DNA of 64,000 nucleotides from Minisyncoccota bacterium (GTDB lineage: Bacteria; Patescibacteriota; Minisyncoccia; Phycocordibacterales; UBA9973), in assembly GCA_041664605.1 (NCBI GenBank), contig JBAYKO010000003.1:6858-70857 (forward strand), given 5' to 3'. Under the pieces are notes generated by a model. That model searched no databases. It was not told the DNA's origin and was given only the letters and a program-made list of their open reading frames with translations. Below, one piece after another: positions 37,993 to 48,426 of the stretch; position 1 is the stretch's first letter, and each line of letters begins with the position of its first letter. The position numbers were made by a program, and so were the translations under genes.

Positions 37993-38694
37993 TTGCCTAT
38001 GCAAAAAGAAACAAAAATTAATGAAATGTTTAAGGCTGGAGCTCATTTTGGCTATTCAAAGACAAGAAGACACCCATCAGTAGTTTCCTATATTCTTACA
38101 ACAAAAAACAAGACAGATATAGTAGATCTAGAAAAAAGTAACGAGCTTTTAGAAAAAGCAAAAGATTTTGTTAAAATTCTTTCCAAAGAAGGTAAACAAA
38201 TATTATTTTTAAGTGTTAAACCAGAAGCAAAAAAAATAATGAAAGATGCCGCGATGTCTATAAATATGCCATATGTAACAGAAAGGTGGGTTGGCGGAGT
38301 TTTAACTAACTTTTCTGAAATTAAAAAAAGGATCGCAAAACTAGAAGATCTTATGGATAAAAAAGAAAAAGGAGAACTTGATGTTTATACTAAAAAAGAA
38401 AGAAAACTTTTTAATGACCAGATACATAAAATGAATAAAGTATTTTCTGGTCTTATTGGTTTAAGAAAAGTTCCAGATGTAATATTTGCTATAGATTCTA
38501 AAAAAGAAAAAATTGCAGTTACAGAAGCTGAAAAAATGAAAATTCCAGTAATCAGTCTATCTAATACAGACTGTAATATGAAAGATTCTAGTTACCCTAT
38601 TATTGGAAACGATGCCTCAACATCAAGTATAAAGTTTTTTGTTGATGAAATTATTAAGGCATACAACGAGGGAGGGTTAACTTCAAAAGAATAA
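37993..38694 (+). CDS. rpsB: 30S ribosomal protein S2
   Basis: MFKAGAHFGYSKTRRHPSVVSYIL.. Confidence 0.95.
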   Translation: MPMQKETKINEMFKAGAHFGYSKTRRHPSVVSYILTTKNKTDIVDLEKSNELLEKAKDFVKILSKEGKQILFLSVKPEAKKIMKDAAMSINMPYVTERWVGGVLTNFSEIKKRIAKLEDLMDKKEKGELDVYTKKERKLFNDQIHKMNKVFSGLIGLRKVPDVIFAIDSKKEKIAVTEAEKMKIPVISLSNTDCNMKDSSYPIIGNDASTSSIKFFVDEIIKAYNEGGLTSKE

Positions 38695-38826
38695 ATGATT
38701 AGTTCATAAAGTTTTTAAAGTCCATAAAGTTATAAAGTAAAGATTTAAAATTTAAAAATAATTTTTCTAGTTCCTAGTTCTTTGTTTTTCACTAAAACCT
38801 AACCACTAGAAACTAGAACCTAACCC

Positions 38827-39420
38827 ATGATTACAACAGAACAAATTAAAGAATTAAGAGACGCCACAGGTGTTTCTGTTATGCAATGTAAAAGAGCATT
38901 GGAAGAAGCAAATGGTGACAGAGAAAAAGCTCTTATGATTTTAAGGAAAAAGAGTTCAGAAATATCAGAAAAAAAGGCTGATAGAACCCTAAAAGCTGGG
39001 TTAATTCAATCATATTTACATAGTACTGGTAAAGTTGGTGTTTTAATTGAACTTCTTTGTGAGACAGATTTTGTGGCTAAAAATGAAGAATTCAAAAATT
39101 TGGCTTACGATATAGCTATGCATATAGCAGCACTTAACCCAGAATATATAAAAAGAGAAGATGTAAGCGAAGAAACATTAGCTCCAGTCAGAGAATTATT
39201 TAAAGAAGAGGTTGCTAAGATAGATAAACCAGAAGATATAAAAGAAAAAATGTTGCAAGGTAAAATTGACACTTATTTCAAAGAAAAGACTTTACTTGAC
39301 CAGCCTTTTATTAAAAACGGAGATCTAACAATTAAAGGTTTAATCGACGGGGCTGTCCAAAAAATTGGTGAGAAAATAGAAGTCGGAAGATTTGTTAGAT
39401 ATTCTCTTTTTGAACAATAA
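38827..39420 (+). CDS. tsf: elongation factor Ts
   Basis: ITTEQIKELRDATGVSVMQCKRALEEANGDREKALMILRKK (UBA-like N-domain). Confidence 0.9.
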   Translation: MITTEQIKELRDATGVSVMQCKRALEEANGDREKALMILRKKSSEISEKKADRTLKAGLIQSYLHSTGKVGVLIELLCETDFVAKNEEFKNLAYDIAMHIAALNPEYIKREDVSEETLAPVRELFKEEVAKIDKPEDIKEKMLQGKIDTYFKEKTLLDQPFIKNGDLTIKGLIDGAVQKIGEKIEVGRFVRYSLFEQ

Positions 39421-39422
39421 TC

Positions 39423-39980
39423 ATGTTTACTACAATCATTATATTTTCTATATTTCTAGTTGCCTTGTTTTCAATGCTTTATTTTAGAGCATGGAAAATA
39501 AGAGCGGGTTTTACATATGGAGAAGTTGGTGGTTGGCCTTGGGAAAACATAAACTTTGCATTAGTAAAACAAAATATGATAGACTACGCAAAGAAATATA
39601 CGCATTTAATAATCCTTTTGACATTAAAAATTTGGATAAAAACAACTTATTTCTTGCACAGAAAAACAAAACATGTTGGAGCTGGATTAAAAAAGATAAA
39701 AGAGAAGGTAAATATTTTTCCAGAAAATATATTATTGCCTGAGGAGGAAAAGAAAAATAAAAAAGGCCTCCCTGAATTTATAAAAAGAGTCAACGCTTAC
39801 AAAGAGAGACTTGGTAATATTTCAAAAAGGATGAAAGAAAAAGAGATAAAAAAAATTAAGGAAATTGAAAAGTCAAAATCTGAAGAAATAAAATTATTAG
39901 AAAATAAAAAAGAGGAATTTTTACCAAATCCCCTTTCAGTTCCAGAAATTGAAAAAGACACAGAAATAGAAAATTTATAA
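39423..39980 (+). CDS. hypothetical membrane protein with a K/E-rich tail (185 aa)
   Basis: N-terminal TM followed by a KE-rich low-complexity region. Confidence 0.4.
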   Translation: MFTTIIIFSIFLVALFSMLYFRAWKIRAGFTYGEVGGWPWENINFALVKQNMIDYAKKYTHLIILLTLKIWIKTTYFLHRKTKHVGAGLKKIKEKVNIFPENILLPEEEKKNKKGLPEFIKRVNAYKERLGNISKRMKEKEIKKIKEIEKSKSEEIKLLENKKEEFLPNPLSVPEIEKDTEIENL

Positions 39981-39988
39981 AAAATATT

Positions 39989-40064
39989 GCCGGCATAGCT
40001 CAGTTGGTAGAGCGCCACTTTTGTAAAGTGGATGTCCGGGGTTCGAACCCTCGTGCCGGCTCCA
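39989..40064 (+). tRNA. tRNA-Thr (anticodon UGU), CCA encoded
   Basis: Acceptor GCCGGCA/TGCCGGC. Anticodon stem CCACT/AGTGG with loop TTTGTAA. T-loop TTCGAAC. 3' CCA present. Confidence 0.9.
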
Positions 40065-40152
40065 ATAAAATTAACTTCTAAATTAGAAATAAAAAAGTCA
40101 CACAATTTTTCGTTGGGATTATTTGAATCTGAGAGGCGGCTCCAAAACTCTA

Positions 40153-40548
40153 TTAAACCTTCTTATTTGTCTTCTTTTTTAAAACCTTTTTTATAGCAGG
40201 ACTAGTTTGATTTTTTATATCTTTCCATTCTCCTTTTAATTTTTTTGCCAAAGAATTTATTTCTTTAGAGTGTTCTTTGTATTGTTTATTGTAATTTGCA
40301 GAAATAGAATCTATTGTTTTATTATAAATTGATTCGGTTGAATTTTTAACTTTTTTAGCTTCTTTTACTACTTCGTCTTTCATTTTTTTCATCAAACCCA
40401 AAGCTTTCTTTTGGTGTGCTTTCGATTTTGGCCCTAGTAAATAATACGCCCCAACACCAACAGTTACTACTCCTGCTCCAATTGCCATCTTCTTACCTAA
40501 GGACATTTTCTTCTTTTTTAAAACCTTTTTTACATTTATTTTTTTCAT
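40153..40548 (-). CDS. lysine-rich membrane-anchored protein (131 aa)
   Basis: One TM helix (AIGAGVVTVGVGAYYLLG) and a K-rich sequence. Confidence 0.4.
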   Translation of the reverse strand: MKKINVKKVLKKKKMSLGKKMAIGAGVVTVGVGAYYLLGPKSKAHQKKALGLMKKMKDEVVKEAKKVKNSTESIYNKTIDSISANYNKQYKEHSKEINSLAKKLKGEWKDIKNQTSPAIKKVLKKKTNKKV

Positions 40549-40686
40549 CCCATTAGAAATTATTCTATTCGTACATATACTATATTATATATAAAAATAG
40601 GTAATTAATTATATTTATAATTTTATCCCATTTTGTGAATTTCTAACGGGACAAGTATTTTTTTAAAAATTACGACCATATTTATT

Positions 40687-40938
40687 TTAATCTTTTTTGT
40701 GCTTTTTCTTTTTCTTAAAAATAAAATTAAATATTGTGCTATTTTTTATTTCTTCTAGTAAATCTTTAGTTGTGTCCCCTATTTTATCTACATCTTTCTC
40801 TAATTTATTTATAATTCTCGAAAAAGTCTTAATTGCTCGAATTAGATAAAATAGAAATATTACTACCAAAACCCATAGAACAATAAATCCTAACGAAGAA
40901 ATAAAAAAAAATATTTGTGACTGTAAAATATTTTCCAT
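40687..40938 (-). CDS. small membrane protein (83 aa)
   Basis: TM helix with a charged tail. Confidence 0.35.
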   Translation of the reverse strand: MENILQSQIFFFISSLGFIVLWVLVVIFLFYLIRAIKTFSRIINKLEKDVDKIGDTTKDLLEEIKNSTIFNFIFKKKKKHKKD

Positions 40939-40953
40939 AAATACACTATATCA

Positions 40954-41565
40954 TTATTCTATTAATTTATCAGTAAACACCACTAAACGACTTGAGTGGC
41001 TTTTGAGAACTTTATTCCAAAATCCTGTGCAAGTAATTAAATTAAGGTGTGCTTTTCCATCATTTAAAACAAACACCTCCGAAGCATTCGCCTTGGGATC
41101 ATACTTTTTAATTTTACTCACAACGAAAGTAGTAATCATTCCTTTTTTATCTTCAATCAATATCTTGTCCCCCTTTTTTAATTTATACAAGTTATCAAAA
41201 ACCGCTGGGCCATTTTTCCATCCAGAATGTCCATCGATAACAGCGCTTCCAATTTCTCCAGGTATTGGTCCGAGATTAAACCAAGCAACAGAAGAAGGAC
41301 CATTTGGTACACCTACCTCCCCTTTAGAATTAAGACCAACAAATTCTATATTGGTATTAATTTTTATCTTCGGTATTTTAATACGTGCTGGCATTTCCGC
41401 ATTAATAACAGGTAAATAATTAATTTGTTTTTGTTCTTTTACTGATGCGAAACTATTTTTTATTAAAGTTTTTGAATTAAAGTTTAAAAAAACTCCAGCA
41501 AAAAATACAAAAATAAAAATAATTATTATTGATAATTTTAGTTTTGATAAAATTTTTATTTTCAT
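40954..41565 (-). CDS. sortase (class E/F-like)
   Basis: N-terminal TM. Catalytic His in IDGHSGW, Cys in HLNLITCTG (TLxTC) and Arg in SSRLVVF. Confidence 0.75.
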   Translation of the reverse strand: MKIKILSKLKLSIIIIFIFVFFAGVFLNFNSKTLIKNSFASVKEQKQINYLPVINAEMPARIKIPKIKINTNIEFVGLNSKGEVGVPNGPSSVAWFNLGPIPGEIGSAVIDGHSGWKNGPAVFDNLYKLKKGDKILIEDKKGMITTFVVSKIKKYDPKANASEVFVLNDGKAHLNLITCTGFWNKVLKSHSSRLVVFTDKLIE

Positions 41566-42653
41566 ATATTTTTTTTATTTCTTAATAATTTAAAAGATAC
41601 AAAAATTATTAGGGCTAAAATAATAGAAGTAACTAATCCGTCTATTGGGGTTCTAAATAATATTTTTACAGACTGAATAAAAATATTATGCGATACTAAT
41701 AATTCAGGTGCTATAGCAGTTGATGGAAGTGTTGGATTAACTGCCAATTGAGATTGTTCTAATAAAAGCTTCGCTCTGGTCAACGGACCAAAAATACCAT
41801 CTGAAACTAAACCGACACTTGTTTGATATTTTGAAACTGCAACCCATGTAATTTTACCGAAAATACCATCTATAATTCCCGGAGAAATTCCTTTTTTATC
41901 AAGAGCAGTTTGAAGTGTTACAACATCCATACCATATGCACCAATCCGTAGTGTCTGATAAGATACAGGAACTTTTACAGAAATAGATCCTTCCCTTTGT
42001 ATTGCATCGGTAAAGACTACTCGTCGTTCTGGATAATTACCATTAACTTTATTCCAAATTCCTTCACAAGTAATAAGATTTAAGTGTGATAATCCATCAT
42101 TTGATGTGAAAACCGTAGTCGCATCAGCATTTCGATCAAATAATTTAGTTGATCGAACTTGGAATGCAAGAGTCTCTCCTTTATCATTTTCTATGTATAC
42201 CTTATCTCCAATTTTAAGAGTATCTAATTTATAGAAAACAAACGATATTCCTTTTTTAATACCGAAATGTCCTCCAATAACAGCACTACCAACTTCACCA
42301 GGATGTGGACCTAGTGCAAACCAAGCAACATTTACAGAACCTTCAGGTACGTCCATTCTTCCATCAGATGTGATTAGCGCATCTTCTATGGCTGAATCTA
42401 CTCCAATAACCGGAATTTTAAGACGAACTGGTAACCCTTCTGGAACACCCCCAGAGTCTCTGATATTAGAATACGCAATTTGTTTTTCGCCTACTCCAAC
42501 CGCGGGGAATTTTGTTACAGGAAATTTCCAACCAAAAGTATTATCAACTATACTATTTCCTGCTTTATCTTGGTTATAAAATAGAAAATAATATCCAGCT
42601 CCTAAAACAAGAATAAGACAAGCTAGAATTAATATTATTTTTTTTATTTTCAT
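41562..42653 (-). CDS. sortase domain protein fused to a peptidoglycan-binding (PG_binding_1) domain
   Basis: GGHFG..HLNLITCEG..ERRVVF sortase triad. C-terminal LQTALDKKGISPGIIDGIFGKIT..GIFGPLT PG-binding repeats. Confidence 0.7.
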   Translation of the reverse strand: MKIKKIILILACLILVLGAGYYFLFYNQDKAGNSIVDNTFGWKFPVTKFPAVGVGEKQIAYSNIRDSGGVPEGLPVRLKIPVIGVDSAIEDALITSDGRMDVPEGSVNVAWFALGPHPGEVGSAVIGGHFGIKKGISFVFYKLDTLKIGDKVYIENDKGETLAFQVRSTKLFDRNADATTVFTSNDGLSHLNLITCEGIWNKVNGNYPERRVVFTDAIQREGSISVKVPVSYQTLRIGAYGMDVVTLQTALDKKGISPGIIDGIFGKITWVAVSKYQTSVGLVSDGIFGPLTRAKLLLEQSQLAVNPTLPSTAIAPELLVSHNIFIQSVKILFRTPIDGLVTSIILALIIFVSFKLLRNKKNI

Positions 42654-42665
42654 TATTTTTTGTTT

Positions 42666-42869
42666 TCATTTTTTAGGCTTTGGTTTTTTTAATCTATTTT
42701 TTCGAATAAAAATAAACAAAATAATAAGCAGGGTTAAAACTCCAAGTAAAATTTTCCAAATAATAAACTTCAGATCTAGATTTATCTCAGGAGCAGTTCC
42801 TACGTCTGGAAAACCAGCTTGAGTTTGTGCAAAAGCAATATTGATATTTGTAAAAATAATTTTTAACAT
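42666..42869 (-). CDS. small membrane protein (67 aa)
   Basis: ORF with one TM helix. Confidence 0.3.
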   Translation of the reverse strand: MLKIIFTNINIAFAQTQAGFPDVGTAPEINLDLKFIIWKILLGVLTLLIILFIFIRKNRLKKPKPKK

Positions 42870-42902
42870 CTTATTATTCCAACAATACTAAACAATACTA
42901 AT

Positions 42903-44702
42903 TTACTTAATTAATTTACTTTTTTTAACAAAATAAACAGAAAGCAGGGCAACAAATAATCCACCTACTATATAAATTAGTTTAATAGATTCATTTGAGG
43001 GGAATCCTGTTTTTGGAAGCCCTGGAACAGAAACAACTACAGTAGCTATCGCAAAATCTTTTGCGGTTAAGCCATTTGCATCACCACTAGCTGTTGCAGT
43101 ATTTGTTGTTGTTTTTGTAAGATTTGATTTACAAGTGAAAGACCATGATTCATTACTTTCAAGCAAATTGTTGTTATTAATATCTCCTGGGTGTCCAACA
43201 ACACGACCTGGTAATCCGGTACATTTATCATCAGTGATAGTGACATTACTTAATGGCACTGTGCCGGGATTAGTTACTGTGTATGTATATGTAACTGCAC
43301 CACCCCCAATAAGTGCAAGTGGACTTGGAATTTTTGTCACATGAATTAATGGTGGCACCACTGGCGCACCAACAACAACGGTAGCACTGGCAATATCTGT
43401 TGCCGTAATTCCATTAGCTACACCTGTCGCAGTAACAGTGTTTGTATGAGTCGCTGAAAGTGTCGCAGTACAAGTATGAATCCAGGTTTCAATTAAATCA
43501 AGTTTAGAATTATCATTAGTATCTCCAGAAACACGAACTACTGGACTACAAGTATCATCAACTATTGTTATATTATCAACAGGAACTGTCCCGATATTGC
43601 GAAGGGTATAAGTATACATTACTGAGCCTGGGCCCGCCGGTAAAGATAAAGGATTGGGAATCTTAACCACTTCAATTAGCGGAGGCACAGGAGGAACATA
43701 TGGTACCCCCCCACCATTCGATGCAATGTCATCATTTGTAATCGTACAAGTTTTATCTCCCCCAGCTGTAATAGTTCCTGAACAATCTGCAGAAAGTGAA
43801 TTAGTATATCCAACATGTGCACCTTCATCAACACTATATGAACCTGCATCAAGTAGAACGGTCGTACCTAATTCATCTCCAGCAAAAGAACTTGGGGAAA
43901 TATTTGTTGTTCCAGAAACAGTAATTGTTGAAGCTGGAGCAAGAGTACTTCCTCCATTGTTATTTACAACATGTTTTATTACATGAAGAGTTCCTTGAGC
44001 AAGCCCTGCACAAGTTGCTTTAGTAATGCTTGTGTTATTTAATGTGATTGCAGCATTTCTTGCAAGTAACCTTCCTACAATAGTTGAACCACCATCATCA
44101 GTTATAGAATCCATAGCTATTATATTTCCTTTAAAATCAGAACCAGTCCCAATAGTTGCCGAACTTCCAACTTTCCAGAATACATTACAAGCTTGTGCTC
44201 CACCTATAAGACTAACGTGACTTGTAGAGCCAGAAGATGTTGTAAGCGTTGATCCTGCTTGAAAAATCCACACATCTGATGGACCACCATTCAAAGTTAC
44301 AGTTCCAGTAATTGCAATTGAAGAAGCTGTATTATAAACACCAGCTGATAAGGTTTGTCCACCGAGATCAGCAACAATTGCGGTATCTAATGGTTGACCA
44401 GCCGCATCATTATAAGCTGTAACTAAATCAGTTTTAGCTGTTTGAGTACCAGCATCGCCAAGATGATTAATACCTGTTAATGTTACGGAACCAAACCCAG
44501 TTTGAGTCAACGTTGGAAATGAACCCACGTCTCCAACAATTGTTGTTGCACCAGTATTAGTTATTCCTGAACCCGCCAGAATTGCAAAATTATCCGCGGA
44601 CAGAAGATCAACCCATGTGGCAGCCTTAATCACACTTGTAACGCCCAGAATAAGAACAGCAGTAAATGCTGTGATTATTAAATATTTTTTAAAGTTTTTC
44701 AT
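42903..44702 (-). CDS. LPXTG-anchored surface protein with an N-terminal DUF3494 (ice-binding-like) domain and DUF11-like repeats
   Basis: Signal peptide. AILAGSGITNTGATTIVGDVGSFP matches the DUF3494 motif. TYTYT..NPGTVP repeats. C-terminal LPKTG followed by a hydrophobic helix and KKSK tail. Confidence 0.8.
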   Translation of the reverse strand: MKNFKKYLIITAFTAVLILGVTSVIKAATWVDLLSADNFAILAGSGITNTGATTIVGDVGSFPTLTQTGFGSVTLTGINHLGDAGTQTAKTDLVTAYNDAAGQPLDTAIVADLGGQTLSAGVYNTASSIAITGTVTLNGGPSDVWIFQAGSTLTTSSGSTSHVSLIGGAQACNVFWKVGSSATIGTGSDFKGNIIAMDSITDDGGSTIVGRLLARNAAITLNNTSITKATCAGLAQGTLHVIKHVVNNNGGSTLAPASTITVSGTTNISPSSFAGDELGTTVLLDAGSYSVDEGAHVGYTNSLSADCSGTITAGGDKTCTITNDDIASNGGGVPYVPPVPPLIEVVKIPNPLSLPAGPGSVMYTYTLRNIGTVPVDNITIVDDTCSPVVRVSGDTNDNSKLDLIETWIHTCTATLSATHTNTVTATGVANGITATDIASATVVVGAPVVPPLIHVTKIPSPLALIGGGAVTYTYTVTNPGTVPLSNVTITDDKCTGLPGRVVGHPGDINNNNLLESNESWSFTCKSNLTKTTTNTATASGDANGLTAKDFAIATVVVSVPGLPKTGFPSNESIKLIYIVGGLFVALLSVYFVKKSKLIK

Positions 44703-44726
44703 AGTTTTTTTTATTAACTAATAATT

Positions 44727-45926
44727 TTATAAACCAAGATCAAAAATCTTAGCTTTAGTTTTTGGACCAAGAATCCCATCACCTATTAAGCTATGCGCCA
44801 TTTGCCATTCTATAAGAGCAGCCTTAGTAACTGAACCAAATCTTCCATCAAGTCCATAGTTTATCATAGCTTGACCTCCTACATTTTGAGAGATAAGAAA
44901 TTCTTGTAAGGATTTTACAAAATCTCCCATACTTCCCTTTTTTAGAGTACCGGCAATTGAGCTGACTGTCTGACCAAAAAGAGATGCTTGAGGTAGTGTT
45001 ATGGAACCTCCACTATTTCCACTAGAATTATTTGAACCTGAATTTGAATTTGAATTAGGGCAACTTAATACCATCCCACAATAAGTGGTTGGGTTATAAC
45101 TAGGACCAGGAATATAGGTACAACCTTGTGCTGGAGTTATATAATCACATATATGTTGAGAATTTTCTGACACTGTACTTATTTTATTAGCATCTAAGGT
45201 AACCGCTGTCTGCGCTAATGCCCTACCAATTAAACTAGCACCAGTGTTTAAGACAATCGCTGTTTGATCTAAAATATTTCCATTAAAGGTAGCTCCTGTG
45301 CCAATCGTTGTTTGCCCTGCTACAATCCAAAAAATATTTTCTGCTCTTGCTCCACTACTAAGGATAACTTTTTTTGTAGAACTAATATTAAGATTTTGAG
45401 CTATTTGAAAAATCCAAACATCATTTGCGCTACCAGACAAAGTAACATCTGTTGGAATTGTTAATCCTGTACTCCATTTATATAACCCAGGAGCAAGAGT
45501 CATCCCCCCTATGTTTCCAGCACCAAGTTCGGTCGCAGTTGGATTTGTTCTTCCAGCACCAGAAGTATACGCAGTTTGCATATCACTGATTGCTGTAGTC
45601 ATCTTAACTGGAGTAGGACTGGCATAGCCAGGTGCATATATTTTACCAGTAACCAAAGCTGAAGTTGAAAATTGACTAGCCGTAGGAAGAATTAAATTAA
45701 ATCCAGTTATATAACTTGCTGCGGCTGGACTAATTCCAAGATCCCCAACAATAGAAGTAGTTCCAGTAGTTGAAATTCCTGTTTTTGCTAAAATCACAAA
45801 ATCACTAGCTGATCCGAGATTTATTATTGCTGGACCCGCAGAAAATGCAATCATTGGCCCAACGAGACTAGGTATCAATAAAACGGCAAGTATTGTCATT
45901 TTAATATTTTTGTTAAAGTTTTTCAT
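44727..45926 (-). CDS. secreted DUF3494 (ice-binding-like) protein with a C-terminal PG-binding domain
   Basis: LGSASDFVILAKTGISTTGTTSIVGDLGISP. C-terminal GDGILGPKT PG_binding_1 motif. Confidence 0.65.
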   Translation of the reverse strand: MKNFNKNIKMTILAVLLIPSLVGPMIAFSAGPAIINLGSASDFVILAKTGISTTGTTSIVGDLGISPAAASYITGFNLILPTASQFSTSALVTGKIYAPGYASPTPVKMTTAISDMQTAYTSGAGRTNPTATELGAGNIGGMTLAPGLYKWSTGLTIPTDVTLSGSANDVWIFQIAQNLNISSTKKVILSSGARAENIFWIVAGQTTIGTGATFNGNILDQTAIVLNTGASLIGRALAQTAVTLDANKISTVSENSQHICDYITPAQGCTYIPGPSYNPTTYCGMVLSCPNSNSNSGSNNSSGNSGGSITLPQASLFGQTVSSIAGTLKKGSMGDFVKSLQEFLISQNVGGQAMINYGLDGRFGSVTKAALIEWQMAHSLIGDGILGPKTKAKIFDLGL

Positions 45927-46228
45927 AAATTTTATAGTTAGTTAGTTAGTTTTTTAATCAAGAAAGATTAAAAAATATTAATATGATTAGTAAGATAAAA
46001 AAAGACAATATAATTAATTTCGACCTACATATTGTCCTAGAGATGGCGTTAAGCTATCTATATATAAGTATGGGCTTAATTCAAAAATAAGCCAGGCATA
46101 ACTTCATTAATAGATTAAAAACAAAAAATAGCCCTTTCTCCACAAGGGTATTTTAATAAAAAGATTAAATTGGGTTTATGACTATAAATTGATAAAAACA
46201 AATTTATAGCATTCTTAATGAAATCTAC

Positions 46229-46377
46229 TTAAATGGATTTTCTCCACGAATAATACGAATCAAAAATAAGATAACGGCAATCACAAGAAGAATATGAATA
46301 AATCCCCCTAAAAGGTGAAAGCCAATAAACCCCAAAGCCCAAAGGACCAAAAGTATAACCGCAATTGTTGTAAGCAT
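46229..46377 (-). CDS. lmo0937-family small membrane protein (~49 aa)
   Basis: MLTTIAVILLVLWALGFIGFHLLGGFIHILLVIAVILFLIRIIRG matches the family signature. Below the track cutoff. Confidence 0.5.
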
Positions 46378-46460
46378 AAATTTAAATTAGTTAACAAATT
46401 TAATAATAATACTAAGTATGAACTTACTTCAAAAAATAAGCTAGGGGGTTATGAACATTA

Positions 46461-47609
46461 TTAACTGTTATATCCAAATTTTTCTTTTAAAGAAAGAAAT
46501 TTCTTTTCCATAAAAGTATAGGAGATTGAAGAAAATAAAATTGCCAATAAAAAAGCTGTGACTATTTCTAATAAATATAAAATGAAATTATGATTATTTT
46601 CTGGCATTCCTAGTAAATAAAAAACATAAAATGTGCAGAAAATTGAAACCATGTGATAACAATATAAACCATAAGACCTTACACCTAGATAATTAAATAT
46701 TTTAAAATTCCCAAATTTTACAAAAGAATTCTTGGCTATATTTTGTTCTAAAATCACAAAAGCAAAAAATGATGAGAATATAATTGGTTCAAGAGAATAA
46801 ATAAATCTATATAAAAAACCTGAAGAAACATCACCCAAAAAGTTTCTAAGAATCGGCAAAGAAAGACCGATTATATATATAACTATTATCCAGGCTTTGG
46901 GAATTTTTTCAAAAAACGAACGGAAATTATTAGAAAAGAAAGAAAAGTACGCTATTGTAGCACCTATTAATAAGTCAGAAATTAAAGAAAAAGTAGAGTA
47001 TTTTATAATATTATAATCATTATAATAAACAAAACGATATATGAACGATAAACTAATTATTATAAAAACTATTTTTAAAAGATTCTTTTTAGAAACAAAG
47101 GATAAAACTAATGGCCAAATTAAATAAAATTGCTCTTCCATAGACACGGACCAAAGAACTACAAGGATTGCACTCCCCAACCCATAAAAAGCCATTTTAA
47201 GATTCACCCCAAAAAACAAAAACCAAGGAATTGATTTAAAATCAACCTCAATACCAAACGGAAACCTTATACCTGATTTTGAAAATATTGGATAAATTAT
47301 AAAAAATCCAACAATAAGAGTTAGAAAATAAACTGGCCAAATTCGTAAGATTCTACGAATATAAAAATGGCGAATAGAAATACTTCCATTTTTTGCTTTT
47401 TCAGTAAATAAAAGAAAAGATATCAAAAAACCACTAAGAACAAAGAAAAAACTCACACCCAAATCACCGTGAACTAAGAAAATATTTTTAAAATGTTCAA
47501 AAGAACCACTCTTACTTTCATAACCTAGAAATAAAGCTGAATGTGAAATAAATACTGACAAAAAGGCCAAAAAACGAAGAGCGTCTAAATTTTTAAAGTA
47601 AGTTTTCAA
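46461..47609 (-). CDS. acyltransferase family 3 (OatA-like) membrane protein
   Basis: LDALRFLAFLSVFISHS plus ~10 TM helices. Confidence 0.8.
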   Translation of the reverse strand: MKTYFKNLDALRFLAFLSVFISHSALFLGYESKSGSFEHFKNIFLVHGDLGVSFFFVLSGFLISFLLFTEKAKNGSISIRHFYIRRILRIWPVYFLTLIVGFFIIYPIFSKSGIRFPFGIEVDFKSIPWFLFFGVNLKMAFYGLGSAILVVLWSVSMEEQFYLIWPLVLSFVSKKNLLKIVFIIISLSFIYRFVYYNDYNIIKYSTFSLISDLLIGATIAYFSFFSNNFRSFFEKIPKAWIIVIYIIGLSLPILRNFLGDVSSGFLYRFIYSLEPIIFSSFFAFVILEQNIAKNSFVKFGNFKIFNYLGVRSYGLYCYHMVSIFCTFYVFYLLGMPENNHNFILYLLEIVTAFLLAILFSSISYTFMEKKFLSLKEKFGYNS

Positions 47610-47633
47610 GGATTTTAAATCTTAAGTATTTTA

Positions 47634-48383
47634 TTATTGGGTGGTGTCTACACTAGTCGTCTTTTGTTGCTTTTTCTCTGCGTCTAATTTTGCTTTTTCT
47701 TGTAATTTGCGAGCTTTCACTAAATCAGGAATTAGTTTTTCTATATCAGAAATACTTTTAAAACCAGTATAAGTTTTGTCATTTATTACAAGAGATGGAG
47801 TTTTTTCTATTTGAAACATTGATACTAAAGTTTGAACTGCTGGTGTTTGAAGATTACGGTCAAACCAATACACTCTTATGCTAGGGTAAAGCGAGGAAAT
47901 CTCATCAAGAACAAGTGATTGATTACTACAATCAGTAGTACATTCTAAGTCATGGAAATAAATGAAAACAGAAATTTTCTTCTTACAACGAGTTGCCAAT
48001 TCCCTTACAAGTAAATAATCTTTAATTTGAAGAAGAGAATATTGAGTTTTAATAAGAATAACATTTGAATTATCAGAACCTAGTTGATCTTCCATATATT
48101 TAACTTTTTTTGCCATACCATTAAGTTCTTGATTGAGTTGATCTTCAAATGAAACACTAGAGACGGCATCCTGACATGAAGCAAAACGAAGTAATGAAAA
48201 TTTTGTTTCAGTAGAAAGAACATTAGTATAAATTTGCTGATAAATATTTTCTAAATTTTTTAATTTTTGCCCATTAACATAATTACTCAACAAAAAAGCC
48301 CCAATAAAAATTGAGAGAGTAATAACAAAAACGCTTAAATATTTTTTATAACCAGCTAAAAATCGGTTCCAATTAATATCCAT
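47634..48383 (-). CDS. hypothetical membrane-anchored protein (249 aa)
   Basis: N-terminal signal anchor; no motif recognised. Confidence 0.45.
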   Translation of the reverse strand: MDINWNRFLAGYKKYLSVFVITLSIFIGAFLLSNYVNGQKLKNLENIYQQIYTNVLSTETKFSLLRFASCQDAVSSVSFEDQLNQELNGMAKKVKYMEDQLGSDNSNVILIKTQYSLLQIKDYLLVRELATRCKKKISVFIYFHDLECTTDCSNQSLVLDEISSLYPSIRVYWFDRNLQTPAVQTLVSMFQIEKTPSLVINDKTYTGFKSISDIEKLIPDLVKARKLQEKAKLDAEKKQQKTTSVDTTQ

Positions 48384-48426
48384 ATTATTGTTGCCATTCT
48401 ACGCCAAAATTGAATATTTTGCAAAT

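Noticed and set aside
39797-40105. 102-aa minus-strand ORF
   Set aside because: Overlaps tRNA-Thr on the opposite strand and the 3' end of the 39423-39980 gene.
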